From: Spirochaetaceae bacterium
GTDB taxonomy: Bacteria > Spirochaetota > Spirochaetia > DSM-2461
DNA: 64,000 nucleotides
Direction of reading: 5' to 3'
NCBI GenBank assembly: GCA_965224705.1
Contig: OZ245056.1
Location: forward strand, 1,664,001 to 1,728,000
Shown here: one piece after another, positions 42,850 to 52,777 of the stretch
Layout: each line of letters starts with the position of its first letter
Position numbering within the stretch: the stretch's first letter is position 1
Notes under the pieces: generated by a model
The model's input: the letters and a program-made list of their open reading frames with translations, nothing else
Database searches by the model: none
Told to the model about the DNA's origin: nothing
Program-made: the position numbers and the translations under genes

Positions 42850-42897
42850 AAAGGCCCACAGGCCGCGGATAAAGCCGCAGTCTGTGGGCCTTTTTTT
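42850..42897. terminator. Intrinsic terminator
   Basis: AAAGGCCCACAG-loop-CTGTGGGCCTTTTTTT; a further perfect hairpin TTCCGGTTCCGGCT/AGCCGGAACCGG lies at about 42799-42828. Confidence 0.75.
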
Positions 42898-42919
42898 AGC
42901 TCGGAATAGGTCACGCAGT

Positions 42920-43780
42920 TCAGGCGGCTTCACGGCTGTAATCCACCGCAATGACAATGCTTAAAAACATCAGGGCGAAACCCACAATCATTAAAGAGGT
43001 GAGAGGCTCTTTGACGATAAGCACGGACAGAAGAGTGCCAAAGGCCGCTTCGGTCGACAGAAGAAGCGCGGCCTTGGACTGAGAGACATAGCGCTGGGCG
43101 CTATGCTGCAGGAAGAATGCGATCAGAGTGCTGAACATCGCCAGATATCCAACGTAGGCCAATCCCTCCAGATTCGGGACGAAAACCTTCTCAAGACTGA
43201 ATGCGGCAATGATGGAAATGACAGCGGCAACAAGAAACTGAAGGAAAACGATTTTCGTCACATTACATCCTTTCTCCCTCACGTAGTAGCCAATGAAATA
43301 GATATGAAACGCAAAGAGAACGGCGCAGAGAAGAGTGAGGATATCTCCGATATTCATTCCAGAGAACCCATTCAACGTTATGAGCGCTATGCCGAAGATG
43401 GCGAGGACGACGGACAGGATAATCTTCCGTTTGATGCGCCTTCTGGTCAAAAAGAAAAAGATGAAGGGTGTGAAGATGATGTTTGTCGCGGTGAGAAAAG
43501 CGTTCTTGGATGGCGTGGTATACTGCAGCCCTATGGTCTGAAGGATGAATGCCGTTCCCAGAAAGGATCCCAGCACAAATCCGGGCAAAAGCAGCGGTTT
43601 CAGGTTTCTTAGACGGCGGAATAATACGGCATAAAAAAGCATGGATGCGATGGTGAACCGCAGAGCCGTAACAAAAATCGGCGGTAACCCGGCTGCCAGG
43701 GCGCCGTGTGTACCGATGAAGCCGCTTCCCCAAATCACGGCGATTAGAAGCAGAATCCCTTCAGCGGATCGGGGCGACAT
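42920..43780 (-). CDS. DMT/EamA family transporter
   Basis: About 10 TM segments; IWGSGF, LRF, GLQYTT and GDILTLLCA motifs. Confidence 0.9.
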   Translation of the reverse strand: MSPRSAEGILLLIAVIWGSGFIGTHGALAAGLPPIFVTALRFTIASMLFYAVLFRRLRNLKPLLLPGFVLGSFLGTAFILQTIGLQYTTPSKNAFLTATNIIFTPFIFFFLTRRRIKRKIILSVVLAIFGIALITLNGFSGMNIGDILTLLCAVLFAFHIYFIGYYVREKGCNVTKIVFLQFLVAAVISIIAAFSLEKVFVPNLEGLAYVGYLAMFSTLIAFFLQHSAQRYVSQSKAALLLSTEAAFGTLLSVLIVKEPLTSLMIVGFALMFLSIVIAVDYSREAA

Positions 43781-43947
43781 GGGGGGTTCCGATTTTCAGC
43801 ATAACGGCGCAGCCTGGCGGTGCGGCCAGCGTCCTCTGGAGTACTTTGTTCCGTTCTGGCTTAAACATTGCGGCTGGTTCCTTTTGAAATGAGGGCTATA
43901 TCAAATCATGCTTCAAGAGCTGAGAATACACTGTACAGGGTTGGGGT

Positions 43948-43980
43948 ATCCTGCCGGACTCAGTTGAGACCGGGCAGGAT
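43948..43980. terminator. Hairpin downstream of rbsB
   Basis: ATCCTGCCGG...CCGGGCAGGAT stem. Confidence 0.45.
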
Positions 43981-43991
43981 GGCTTTGTCCC

Positions 43992-44900
43992 CTACTTAAC
44001 CAGCCTCAGGGCAACGGGGATGTAATCATCCAGGGGCACATTGCGGAGCATGTCGGCAACAGCCTCCACACCCAGGGAACCTATCAAGGCAGGCTGCTGG
44101 GCCACCGTAGCCGCCATGGTTCCCGCTTCCACGGACTTCACGGCATCATCGGTGGCATCAAAACCCACCACCAGGATGTCTCGTCCACTGCCTTCCACAG
44201 CCTTCAAGGCCCCCAGGGCCATCTCGTCGTTGTGGGCAAAGACGGCATCAATTTCGGGCTGACCCTGGAGGATGTTCTCCATTACGTTGAGACCCTTTGT
44301 CCGATCAAAGTCGGCGGTTTGGCGGGCCACCACGGTAACATCCGAACCTTTCAGGGCCTCGTTAAAACCCTTGCCGCGATCACGGGCGGCGGAGGTTCCG
44401 GGGATTCCCTCTAACTCCACAACTTTGCCGCTTCCGTTAAGGATATCCAGGATAAACTCTCCGGCCATCACGCCGCCAGCCACGTTATCCGAGGCAATGT
44501 GGGTTACAACCTCACCTGAGTCGGCTCCCCGATCCAGGGTGATCACGGGAATATCCTCTCGATTTGCCTTCTTAATGGCGTTGCCCACCGCATCTGAGTC
44601 GGCGGGATTGATGAGAATCGCATCGACGCCCCGGACAATCAAGTCTTCCACATTGGCTATCTCTTTGGCGGAGTCGTTCTGGGAATCAAGGACAACCAGG
44701 GAAAATCCCAGCTCCCGGGTCTTCGACTCCGCTCCGTCTTTCAGAGCAACGAAGAACGGATTGTTCAGCGTAGAGAGAACCAATCCAACACTCACGGTAT
44801 CATTTTTCTCCTTCTGGCCCCCCGCGAAAACAGGCAGTCCCACATAGATTACCGCAAGAATCAACAACAGAAATTTTTTCATTTCTTCCTCCTTTTTCAT
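43992..44900 (-). CDS. rbsB: Ribose ABC transporter substrate-binding protein
   Basis: [27 protein letters not shown] and [10 protein letters not shown] motifs. Confidence 0.92.
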   Translation of the reverse strand: MKKEEEMKKFLLLILAVIYVGLPVFAGGQKEKNDTVSVGLVLSTLNNPFFVALKDGAESKTRELGFSLVVLDSQNDSAKEIANVEDLIVRGVDAILINPADSDAVGNAIKKANREDIPVITLDRGADSGEVVTHIASDNVAGGVMAGEFILDILNGSGKVVELEGIPGTSAARDRGKGFNEALKGSDVTVVARQTADFDRTKGLNVMENILQGQPEIDAVFAHNDEMALGALKAVEGSGRDILVVGFDATDDAVKSVEAGTMAATVAQQPALIGSLGVEAVADMLRNVPLDDYIPVALRLVK

Positions 44901-44928
44901 TTCTATCCGGTCAACGACCGGGTATTAT

Positions 44929-45861
44929 CTAGTTTTTATTACGGTCCAGCAGAACCGCAATCAGGATGACTGTCCCCTTGGCTATCATCTGATAATAGGA
45001 GGACACGTTCATCAGGTTCAGGGCATTGTTTAAAATGCCAATAATCAAAGCCCCTATGATGGTACCAAGGATCTTTCCCGATCCTCCGGCAAGACTGGTT
45101 CCTCCCAGGACCACCGCGGCGATGGCGTCAAGCTCGTACCCCGCTCCCGCGGTGGGTTGGGCGGAAGAAAGCCGGGAAGTGAGGATGATCCCCGCCGAAG
45201 CGGCGAGGAATCCGCTGATCCCGTAGACCAGTACCTTCAACCTCAAGATGGCGAGTCCTGAAAGGCGTGCCGCCTCTTCGTTTCCCCCCAACGCATAGAT
45301 GTATCTCCCAAACCGGGTTTGATGGAGGGTGTACCAGCCGACGGCATAAACAAGAATCATCATATAGACGGGGACGGGGATTCCCAATAGATATCCGTCT
45401 CCGAACCATGCGAAGGCCTCGGACCATAGTCCTTCACTGGCATTGATGGGCCTTCCATCGGTGAATACCAGAGTAGCTCCGCGCATGATGGTCATGGTGA
45501 CCAGGGTGGCAATAAAGGGCTGGACCCTGCCCCGGCTGATAATCGTTCCCGTGGCCGCGCCAAAGCATGCTCCGGCAATCATGGGGACCAGAATGACTAC
45601 AAGGATATTCAGATTCGCCCCCACAAGGGCAGCGGAAAGGGCCCCGCAGAATGCCAGGACTGATCCCACGGACAAATCAATTCCCCCGGTGAGGATGACG
45701 AATGTCATACCTGCGGCGATCACCGAATTGATTGAAGTCTGCCTTAGAACATTTAAGATGTTCGAAAGCGATAGAAATCGAGGATTCACAATCGATATAA
45801 CCGCCGAAAAAATCAGCAGAGCAATCAGGGGCCGCAGCTGCTTCAACCTCTCTCCTGTCAC
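44929..45861 (-). CDS. rbsC: Ribose ABC transporter permease
   Basis: GGIDLSVGS, GGNEEAARLSG and GYELDAIAAVVLGGTSL motifs. Confidence 0.92.
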   Translation of the reverse strand: MTGERLKQLRPLIALLIFSAVISIVNPRFLSLSNILNVLRQTSINSVIAAGMTFVILTGGIDLSVGSVLAFCGALSAALVGANLNILVVILVPMIAGACFGAATGTIISRGRVQPFIATLVTMTIMRGATLVFTDGRPINASEGLWSEAFAWFGDGYLLGIPVPVYMMILVYAVGWYTLHQTRFGRYIYALGGNEEAARLSGLAILRLKVLVYGISGFLAASAGIILTSRLSSAQPTAGAGYELDAIAAVVLGGTSLAGGSGKILGTIIGALIIGILNNALNLMNVSSYYQMIAKGTVILIAVLLDRNKN

Positions 45862-45862
45862 C

Positions 45863-47365
45863 CTATTTTTCCTTGATCCCTATGGCCAAACGCATGATTG
45901 ACTCCTGGGTTGCCTTTTCCCGCGTCAGTTCGCCTTCTATTGTATTGCTGCGCATCACCATGACGCGATCACTTATTCCAAGAAGTTCCGGCATTTCCGA
46001 AGAAATCATGATAATGCCCAGCCCTTCGGCTTTGAACTTGTTGATGAGTTTGTAGATTTCTTTCTTTGCTCCCACATCGACCCCTCTGGTGGGTTCATCC
46101 ATAATAAGGACTTTGGGCTTGGTAATCAATCCCCGGGCTATGGATACCTTTTGCTGGTTGCCGCCGCTCAGGGTTCCCACCATCTGCTGGCGGCTGGAGG
46201 TCTTGATGGCGAGATCCTTGATGTAGCCATCCACCACCCGGTTTCGCTCTCCTTCGTCAGTGCGAAAGCCGAATTTCTCGTACTGTCTCAGCACCGGGAG
46301 GGTCATGTTATCCTTGAGATTCATCCCTGGAAAGAGGCCAAGCTGCTTCCGGTCCTCGGAAATGTAGGCAATTCCCTTGCTTATGGCCCTGGCGGGGCTG
46401 TCAATACGCTCCTTCTTTCCGTCAAGAATGATGGATCCCCCGGTGGGAGGATGGATACCAAAGAGAGTCAGTGCCAATTCCGTACGTCCCGCCCCCATCA
46501 ATCCGGCAAGTCCCACCACCTCGCCCCGGCGTATGGAAAAGTTGATGTTCCGGGAGACCGCGCTTTCCAATCCCCTTACAGTCAATAAAGGTTCCCCGGC
46601 CTCCATCTTCTGGTAGGGGATGTAATCCTCCAACCTTCGACCCACCATCATTTCTATAATACTGTCTTCATCCAGGGCGCTCACCGGTTCTTCACCGATG
46701 AACTTACCGTCTCTCAGGACCGTTACCCGATCACAAATCTGGAAAACCTCGGAAAGGCGGTGGGAAATGTAGACCAGGGCCTTGCCGCTTCTCTTGAGTT
46801 CCTTAATTACTCGAAAGAGGTTTTCCGTTTCTTGATCAGTCAGGGCATCGGTGGGTTCATCGAAGATAAGGATCTGGGCATTCATAGAGAGTGCTTTGGC
46901 GATCTCCACCATCTGCTGATCCCCTATGCTCAGTTTTGCGGCGGAAATTCTGGGATCAATCTTCACCCCAAGACGGTCCAAAAGCCTCCGTGATTCACCC
47001 ATCATCATCTTCCAGTCGAGCCTTCCGGTCTTCAATACCGGTTCTCGGCCAAGGTAGATATTCTCTCCCACACTGAGACCGGGGATGAGATTCAACTCCT
47101 GGTAGATAATGGCGATCCCCTGATCCATGGCTTTCCGTGGAGAGGATGGGTTAAGCTCCCTTCCCCCCATGGTGATCAAACCGGTTTCATGGGGGTACAT
47201 CCCACTCAAGACCTTCATCAGAGTGGATTTCCCCGCACCATTCTCCCCCAGTAAAGCCATGACTTCATTAGGAAAGATCCGCAGCCGCGCCCCATCCAGA
47301 GCCGTTACTCCAGGAAATTTTTTGGTAATGTCCCTCATTTCCAGGAGGACCGGCTCATTGCTCAC
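45863..47365 (-). CDS. rbsA: Ribose ABC transporter ATP-binding protein
   Basis: Tandem ABC domains; GENGAGKST, LSGGNQQK and DEPTRGVDVGAK motifs. Confidence 0.92.
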   Translation of the reverse strand: MSNEPVLLEMRDITKKFPGVTALDGARLRIFPNEVMALLGENGAGKSTLMKVLSGMYPHETGLITMGGRELNPSSPRKAMDQGIAIIYQELNLIPGLSVGENIYLGREPVLKTGRLDWKMMMGESRRLLDRLGVKIDPRISAAKLSIGDQQMVEIAKALSMNAQILIFDEPTDALTDQETENLFRVIKELKRSGKALVYISHRLSEVFQICDRVTVLRDGKFIGEEPVSALDEDSIIEMMVGRRLEDYIPYQKMEAGEPLLTVRGLESAVSRNINFSIRRGEVVGLAGLMGAGRTELALTLFGIHPPTGGSIILDGKKERIDSPARAISKGIAYISEDRKQLGLFPGMNLKDNMTLPVLRQYEKFGFRTDEGERNRVVDGYIKDLAIKTSSRQQMVGTLSGGNQQKVSIARGLITKPKVLIMDEPTRGVDVGAKKEIYKLINKFKAEGLGIIMISSEMPELLGISDRVMVMRSNTIEGELTREKATQESIMRLAIGIKEK

Positions 47366-47784
47366 GAAAAAGCTACCCCCGAATAGAGGATGATGTTGGC
47401 ATAGGGCTTCATTTCTCCCGTCCGTACCACCGCCCTGGCGGAGGGGATCCTCTCTTTGAACGCCTGGTGGGAGATGAATTCAAACTCCACCTGCAATCCC
47501 GACAGCCTCCGATACCCTTCAATGAGTCCCTCAATTCTCTGAAGTCCCTCGGGATTGGCCTTTCGGATCTCTTCGGCCAGGACCACCTTTTCGATATAAA
47601 GGTCCTCCAGTACCGTGGAGAGCACATCGAAGAAGGAAGGTAAGCCCGCCTTTACCACCAGATCAATACGCCAGGATTCTTCAGGGATGGGCAGTCCCGC
47701 ATCACTGATGACAAGGCTATCGGTATGTCCCATGGAAGCGATGGCGAAAGAAACGTCAGCATTCAGTAAATTTCCTCTTTTCAC
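47362..47784 (-). CDS. rbsD: D-ribose pyranase
   Basis: MGHTD.LVISDAGLPIP and VVRTGE..PYANIIL.SGV motifs. Confidence 0.93.
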   Translation of the reverse strand: MKRGNLLNADVSFAIASMGHTDSLVISDAGLPIPEESWRIDLVVKAGLPSFFDVLSTVLEDLYIEKVVLAEEIRKANPEGLQRIEGLIEGYRRLSGLQVEFEFISHQAFKERIPSARAVVRTGEMKPYANIILYSGVAFS

Positions 47785-47806
47785 AATAAGCTTTTAATCC
47801 TTTCAG

Positions 47807-48209
47807 AGTGTCAGCAAGCTTGTTGAATTCTCACTTTTTCTAGTAACTACAAGGTTCTAAATCATCAAAACACTCGGATTAGGAGTCTGTCGGACTTACG
47901 CCTCACGGCTCGATTTTTGCCCTTCTCTCCAGAAGCAAGCCTCCTGCTTGCTTCCTCCGAGCCGCCTTCGTTCGTTTTCGCCGCCATCCGTGGCGGCTTT
48001 TCCTCGCTATCGCTCGGCACTCTCTCAGGATGCGAGTTTATAGACTCGCATCCCCTGCTGCTGCGTTGCCAAAATACTCACGTAGCCCAGCTACGCTCCG
48101 TTTTTGTCGCCTTGCATCAGGCAAAAATCATCAAAAATCGCCTCAAAGTCTTAAAGTCCGACAGACTCCTAGAGAAATGTTTTTCTATTTTAACAAGCTT
48201 TCTGACACT
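47807..48209. repeat. 18-bp inverted repeat pair (family D) enclosing a MITE B
   Basis: AGTGTCAGCAAGCTTGTT ... AACAAGCTTTCTGACACT. Confidence 0.6.
47882..48169 (+). mobile_element. MITE B with a 125-bp internal hairpin insert
   Basis: 16-bp TIRs and TA flanks; 288 bp versus 163 bp for the other copies. Confidence 0.85.
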
Positions 48210-48405
48210 TGGTATTGGTCAAAATCCTATTAGTAAAACTCCCTGCCTGTCAAGGAAAACTCATCAGGTATAGAAATTCCCCAACCGCCTCCGACATTCC
48301 CCTTATTCCAGCAGAGATGCCTCTTCTTCTCCCAAAAGCACACAGGGTGGACCGAGCTGTCCCTACAAGGAGACACAGGAGTTTTCAATGAATTCGACGA
48401 TCGAC

Positions 48406-48633
48406 TTAAAACGGCCCCTGCTTCAACCGATTTGAACCGAGAAGTTTTTTGAATGCGCTTTGACGGCTTTTGTTGTCGAGAGCCAGGAACAGGCCGACAA
48501 TGGGCATCAGGAAGATGGAGGTGATGATGTGGGTTAAGGGGATCTGAGGCTTGCGGCGGATATCGGTAAAGCAGGAGCCGATTCTTCCGGGCAGATTAAC
48601 CCTGGTTTTGAGCAGTCTGATTATATTCTTCAT
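48406..48633 (-). pseudogene. Truncated putative transposase N-terminus
   Basis: Near-identical to 50871-51239 and located just inside an IS-like end. Confidence 0.55.
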
Positions 48634-48807
48634 ACACCCTTCCGGGTAGTTTTACTTATAGGTAATCTGGATTGAGGGATATTTCTGGATCGCTGAGGCA
48701 GGGTGGATGATTTTTTTAGCCTGGGAATTTCCAATCTCCTTGAATGCCCTTTCAAAGCTTACCCCCAAACTGTTATGATGGGAGCATCAATAAGGAGGTC
48801 TTCCGTT

Positions 48808-50700
48808 ATGGAAACATCTATACCACGCCTACTTCGACACACGGTGGACAAGTATCCCGAATTTACCGCGCAAATGCACAAGGACTCTGACGGAACATTC
48901 CAGGCCACCTCTTTCCGCCAACTATACGATCAGACAAGACAGTTTGCCGTTGGACTGCGCCGTCACGGCGTGAAGCGCGGCGACCGTGTGGGCCTAATAT
49001 CAGATAACCGGCAGGAATGGCTCGTCGCCGACCTGGCCATCCTGAGTCTTGGGGCCATGGACGTACCCCGCGGCTGTGACTCCGATGCCGATGAAATTGC
49101 CTACATACTCTCGTTCTCGGAATGCTCCCTTTGCGTCCTGGAAAACATCGGGCAACTCGAAAAGGTGGCGAACCGGGAGAAAGATATTCCCAGTCTCAAG
49201 GAGGTCATCATACTCGATCCGGATTTCGACCCGCAGTCAGCACCTCAATGCCAATTCGCGATACACCCCTATCGCGACATCCTGACCATGGGTGAAAATG
49301 CTGATCTGGCTCCTATCGACGCTGAAATCGATTTGGGCAGTTCTGAAGACGTGGCAACCATCATCTTCACATCAGGCACCACGGGGAAGCCGAAAGGAGC
49401 GATGCTCACCCATCTCAACTTCCTCCATCAAGTGCAATGGGCCCCCGAGCGCATGGAGGTGCTTCCAGGAAACCGCTGGCTCAGCATCCTCCCGGTGTGG
49501 CACGCCTTTGAACGAGTCATCCAGTACGTGAGTCTGGGCTGTGCCAGCACCCTCTGCTACTCCAAACCTCTTGGCCCCATACTCCTGGCCGATATGCAGA
49601 AAGTCAAACCGACCTTCATGGCGTCGGTGCCTCGAATTTGGGAATCCATCCGTAACGGCGTGTACCGCAGCATCAACCAGGCCGGGGGTGTGAAAAAGTT
49701 CATGTTCCATTACTTCATGGCTGTCAGCAAGGCATGGACAAAGTCATCAAATCTGGTGAGGGGATTGCTCCCCCGATTCCGAAAGCGATCCCGCCTTCTG
49801 GATTTCATCGTCGGCATCATCCCCTTCGTCTCGCTCTGGCCTCTCAAGGCTCTCGGGTCCATCCTGGTCTTCAGGAAGATCAAGCAAAAGCTGGGGGGGC
49901 GGTTCGTGGGGGCCATTTCGGGCGGCGGCAGCCTTCCCGGTTATGTTGATGACTTCTTCCAGGCGGCGGGCGTACTTCTCCTTGAGGGATACGGCCTTAC
50001 CGAAAGCGCTCCAGTACTCACCCTGCGCTGGAGACACCACATGGTGCCCGGCACCATCGGGCCGCCGTTAAGGAAGACCGAAATAAAAATCGTCGGTGAG
50101 GACGGCCGCGTCCTCGGTCCCAATCAGGTTGGCATCCTGCATGCCCGAGGCCCTCAAGTAATGAAGGGATACTACAAGCGGGACGATCTCACTGCTGAAA
50201 TGATTGATCAGCACGGCTGGCTGAACACCGGGGATCTCGCCATGAAAACGCATGATGGAGAGTATGCCATCGTCGGCCGCGCCAAGGATACGATTGTCCT
50301 TCTTAGCGGCGAAAACATCGAACCATCCCCCATTGAAGACAAATTAAAGCTCAGCCCATACATCGAGTCAAGTATGGTTATCGGCCAGGACAAGAAGTAT
50401 CTTGGTGCCATCATCCAGGCCAACCTGGACAATGTGCGGGACTGGGCCGAAGCAAGCAGAAAGGTTTTCCATAGCGATGCGGAACTCCTTGGCAGTCCAG
50501 AGGTTCACGAGCTGATCGCGGCAGATATTTCGCAGATCATCAGTCCGAAGAGGGGGTTCAAGCCATTCGAACGGATAGCCCGCTTCTCGATTCTGCCTGA
50601 ACCCTTCGAGCTTGGACGGGATCTTTCCGCGAAGCAGGAAGTCAAGCGCCATGTTGTCTGCGAACACTACGCCGATGTGATTGCCGAGCTGTTTGATTAA
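48808..50700 (+). CDS. Long-chain fatty acid-CoA ligase (AMP-dependent synthetase)
   Basis: Start METSIP after TAAGGAGG; IFTSGTTGKPKG, EGYGLTE, WLNTGD and GRAKD..GENIEP motifs. Confidence 0.92.
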   Translation: METSIPRLLRHTVDKYPEFTAQMHKDSDGTFQATSFRQLYDQTRQFAVGLRRHGVKRGDRVGLISDNRQEWLVADLAILSLGAMDVPRGCDSDADEIAYILSFSECSLCVLENIGQLEKVANREKDIPSLKEVIILDPDFDPQSAPQCQFAIHPYRDILTMGENADLAPIDAEIDLGSSEDVATIIFTSGTTGKPKGAMLTHLNFLHQVQWAPERMEVLPGNRWLSILPVWHAFERVIQYVSLGCASTLCYSKPLGPILLADMQKVKPTFMASVPRIWESIRNGVYRSINQAGGVKKFMFHYFMAVSKAWTKSSNLVRGLLPRFRKRSRLLDFIVGIIPFVSLWPLKALGSILVFRKIKQKLGGRFVGAISGGGSLPGYVDDFFQAAGVLLLEGYGLTESAPVLTLRWRHHMVPGTIGPPLRKTEIKIVGEDGRVLGPNQVGILHARGPQVMKGYYKRDDLTAEMIDQHGWLNTGDLAMKTHDGEYAIVGRAKDTIVLLSGENIEPSPIEDKLKLSPYIESSMVIGQDKKYLGAIIQANLDNVRDWAEASRKVFHSDAELLGSPEVHELIAADISQIISPKRGFKPFERIARFSILPEPFELGRDLSAKQEVKRHVVCEHYADVIAELFD

Positions 50701-50751
50701 CGGGTCATTTTGTTTCAAAACTTATCTCCGTAAGAAACTGGAGGCCCCAAA

Positions 50752-50890
50752 ATGAAAAAACTCATCCTTCTCTACTGACCATCGCTACGCTAATCCTGTC
50801 GGCCCAGAAAAAAGTGGCCCTTGTTATCGGCAACAGTGCCTACGAGCACGTGGCCCCGCTTAAGAACCCGTTAAACGATGCCCAATCGGC
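50752..50890 (+). pseudogene. 5' fragment of a secreted caspase-like (peptidase C14) gene
   Basis: GGAGG then MKKLIL (frameshift) ...AQKKVALVIGNSAYEHVAPLKNPLNDAQ, cut by the IS remnant. Confidence 0.7.
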
Positions 50891-51239
50891 GGCTCTTTCC
50901 CTTTTGTGTGAACTTGATTTTCAAGGCATCATACTCTTCAAAGAGATCAGGTCCCAATGCCCATTTTGACTCTTTAAAGTTCCTGCCCCACCGAGGTACC
51001 CGTTCAATGGTGGAGTCTGAGGAGACCATCTTTCGTTTTGAACCGAGAAGTTTTTTGAATGCGCTTTGACAGCTTTTGTTGTCGAGAGCCAGGAACAGGC
51101 CGACAATGGGCATCAGGAATATGGAGGTGATGATGTGGGTTAAAGGGATCTGAGGCTTGCGGCGGATATCGGTGAAGCAGGAGCCGATTCTTCCGGGTAG
51201 ATCAACCCTGGTTTTGGGCAGTCTGATTATATTCTTCAT
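50871..51239 (-). pseudogene. Truncated putative DDE transposase N-terminus
   Basis: D.RRKPQIP...LD......F..L......SDSTI.R pattern next to a terminal inverted repeat; no catalytic core. Confidence 0.55.
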
Positions 51240-51486
51240 ACACCCTCCCAGATAGTTTTACTTAACCTGGATTGAGGGATGTTTCTGGATCGCTGGGGCA
51301 GGGTGGATGTTTTTTTTAGCCTGGGGAATTTCTACATCAGGTTTAAGTCTTAATAGAATTATTGATGACTCATCAACCAACTTTCTGGTATGATGCTTCC
51401 ATGGAAATGATCATTAAGGATGTCGCTGCCGGGGGAAATCTCCGCCAATGTCTCGACTATTACATGAAATACCAGGAAACAAATGA

Positions 51487-52368
51487 GTGAAGGTATTAAA
51501 CTACGGTTCTCTCAATATCGACCACGTATACAGTGTATCCCACATCGCTCGACCGGGCGAAACTTTGCCGAGCCGTGAACTCAATTTCTTTGCCGGAGGA
51601 AAGGGAGCCAACCAGTCAGTGGCCCTGGCCAAAACAGGAGTAGAGGTCTGGCACGCCGGAAAAGTCGGAAAAGACGGGTTGTGGCTGATAGAAGAGCTGA
51701 AAAAGAGGGGCGTCACAACTGACCTGATACGAACCTGCGACGGCCCCACAGGGCACGCCATCATTCAGGTGACTCCAAAGGGGGAAAACTCCATCGTCCT
51801 TTTCGGCGGTGGAAACCATCGGATTACCCCTGAGGAGGTGGAGGAAACCCTGGAGAAATTCGAGGCCGGGGATTATCTGGTTTTACAGAACGAGATTAAC
51901 GGCACCGAAATCATCATGGAGAAGGCATATAAGCTGGGGATGAGAATCTGTCTTAATCCTGCCCCCTTCTCCAAAAAGGTACTGGAATGGCCCCTGCATC
52001 TGGTCGATATTCTGATTGTGAATGAAACCGAAGCCATGGGTCTCGCAGGTTCCCGGATGGAGTTTACCGCATTGGTGGATAAACTCACCCAGATTTGCCC
52101 CGACACAGAAATCATCATGACGGTCGGCAAAGAGGGAGCCTATTTCGGTCACAACAGAGAGAGGGAGTTCGTCCCCAGCCGAGTGGTCAAGGCGGTGGAC
52201 ACCACCGCCGCCGGGGACACATTCATGGGCTACTACATCGCCTCCCGCATGGCGAATCTGGGAATTAAATCGGCCATGGAAAAGGCTGCCCTGGCCGCTT
52301 CAATCACCGTCTCCCGCTCCGGGGCGATGGATTCGATCCCCACAAACTCAGAGCTTCAGGGATATTGA
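51487..52368 (+). CDS. rbsK: Ribokinase (PfkB family)
   Basis: GSLNID, GGKGANQ, LQNE, NETEA and DTTAAGDTF motifs. Confidence 0.88.
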   Translation: MKVLNYGSLNIDHVYSVSHIARPGETLPSRELNFFAGGKGANQSVALAKTGVEVWHAGKVGKDGLWLIEELKKRGVTTDLIRTCDGPTGHAIIQVTPKGENSIVLFGGGNHRITPEEVEETLEKFEAGDYLVLQNEINGTEIIMEKAYKLGMRICLNPAPFSKKVLEWPLHLVDILIVNETEAMGLAGSRMEFTALVDKLTQICPDTEIIMTVGKEGAYFGHNREREFVPSRVVKAVDTTAAGDTFMGYYIASRMANLGIKSAMEKAALAASITVSRSGAMDSIPTNSELQGY

Positions 52369-52440
52369 ACTGAAAGAAGCTGTGTCAGAAAGCTTGTAGA
52401 CATCTGTTTGCATTGCACCATTTCGACCTGATGGGTAACT

Positions 52441-52480
52441 TGTCAAATTAACTGTCCACTTTTTTCATGAAACTCATGAT
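52441..52480 (+). mobile_element. Isolated IS30-like end
   Basis: TGTCAAATTAACTGTCC...CATGAAACTCATG resembles the reverse complement of 22143-22197. Confidence 0.5.
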
Positions 52481-52509
52481 GACCTGTCTTTCAAGCTGTC
52501 AAATGAATT

Positions 52510-52599
52510 CCTGAAAAGATTATCATCTACGGGGTGGGCTTCCGCGGTAAGACACTGGCTCTGGAGGCAAGAGAGGGGGCGCTTCGCGCCCAGTTCTGA
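52510..52599 (+). pseudogene. 3' tail of a lost copy of the AAA-nuclease gene
   Basis: PEKIIIYGVGFRGKTLALEAREGALRAQF*. Confidence 0.85.
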
Positions 52600-52777
52600 G
52601 TTGACCCGCATACGGCGTTAAAAGCCGCTTTTCACAAAGTGCATGGGGGATTCTCAAGGGGGACACCCCCTTGAGTCGTATTTTTCTTTGTTAAACTTTC
52701 TTTTTGTCGAAAAAAAAGAAAGTTTAGGCCCAGCGGCCCGAGCGACACCCACAAAACCATGCTATGCTAAAGACGTC
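52600..52777 (+). repeat. Conserved ~180-bp hairpin spacer (also at 54530-54708, 56488-56680, 58463-58644, interrupted at 60418-60700, inverted at 22663-22782)
   Basis: Near-identical copies with CTCAAGGGG-loop-CCCCTTGAG and AAACTTTCTTTTT-GTCG-AAAAAAAGAAAGTTT stems. Confidence 0.9.

Larger units (their letters stand above)
48271..51334. mobile_element. Composite element bounded by IS family C remnants
   Basis: Perfect 13-bp TIRs TAGAAATTCCCCA / TGGGGAATTTCTA; flanks CATCAGGTA / CATCAGGTT; ~290-bp direct repeats at 48431-48731 and 51038-51332. Confidence 0.78.
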
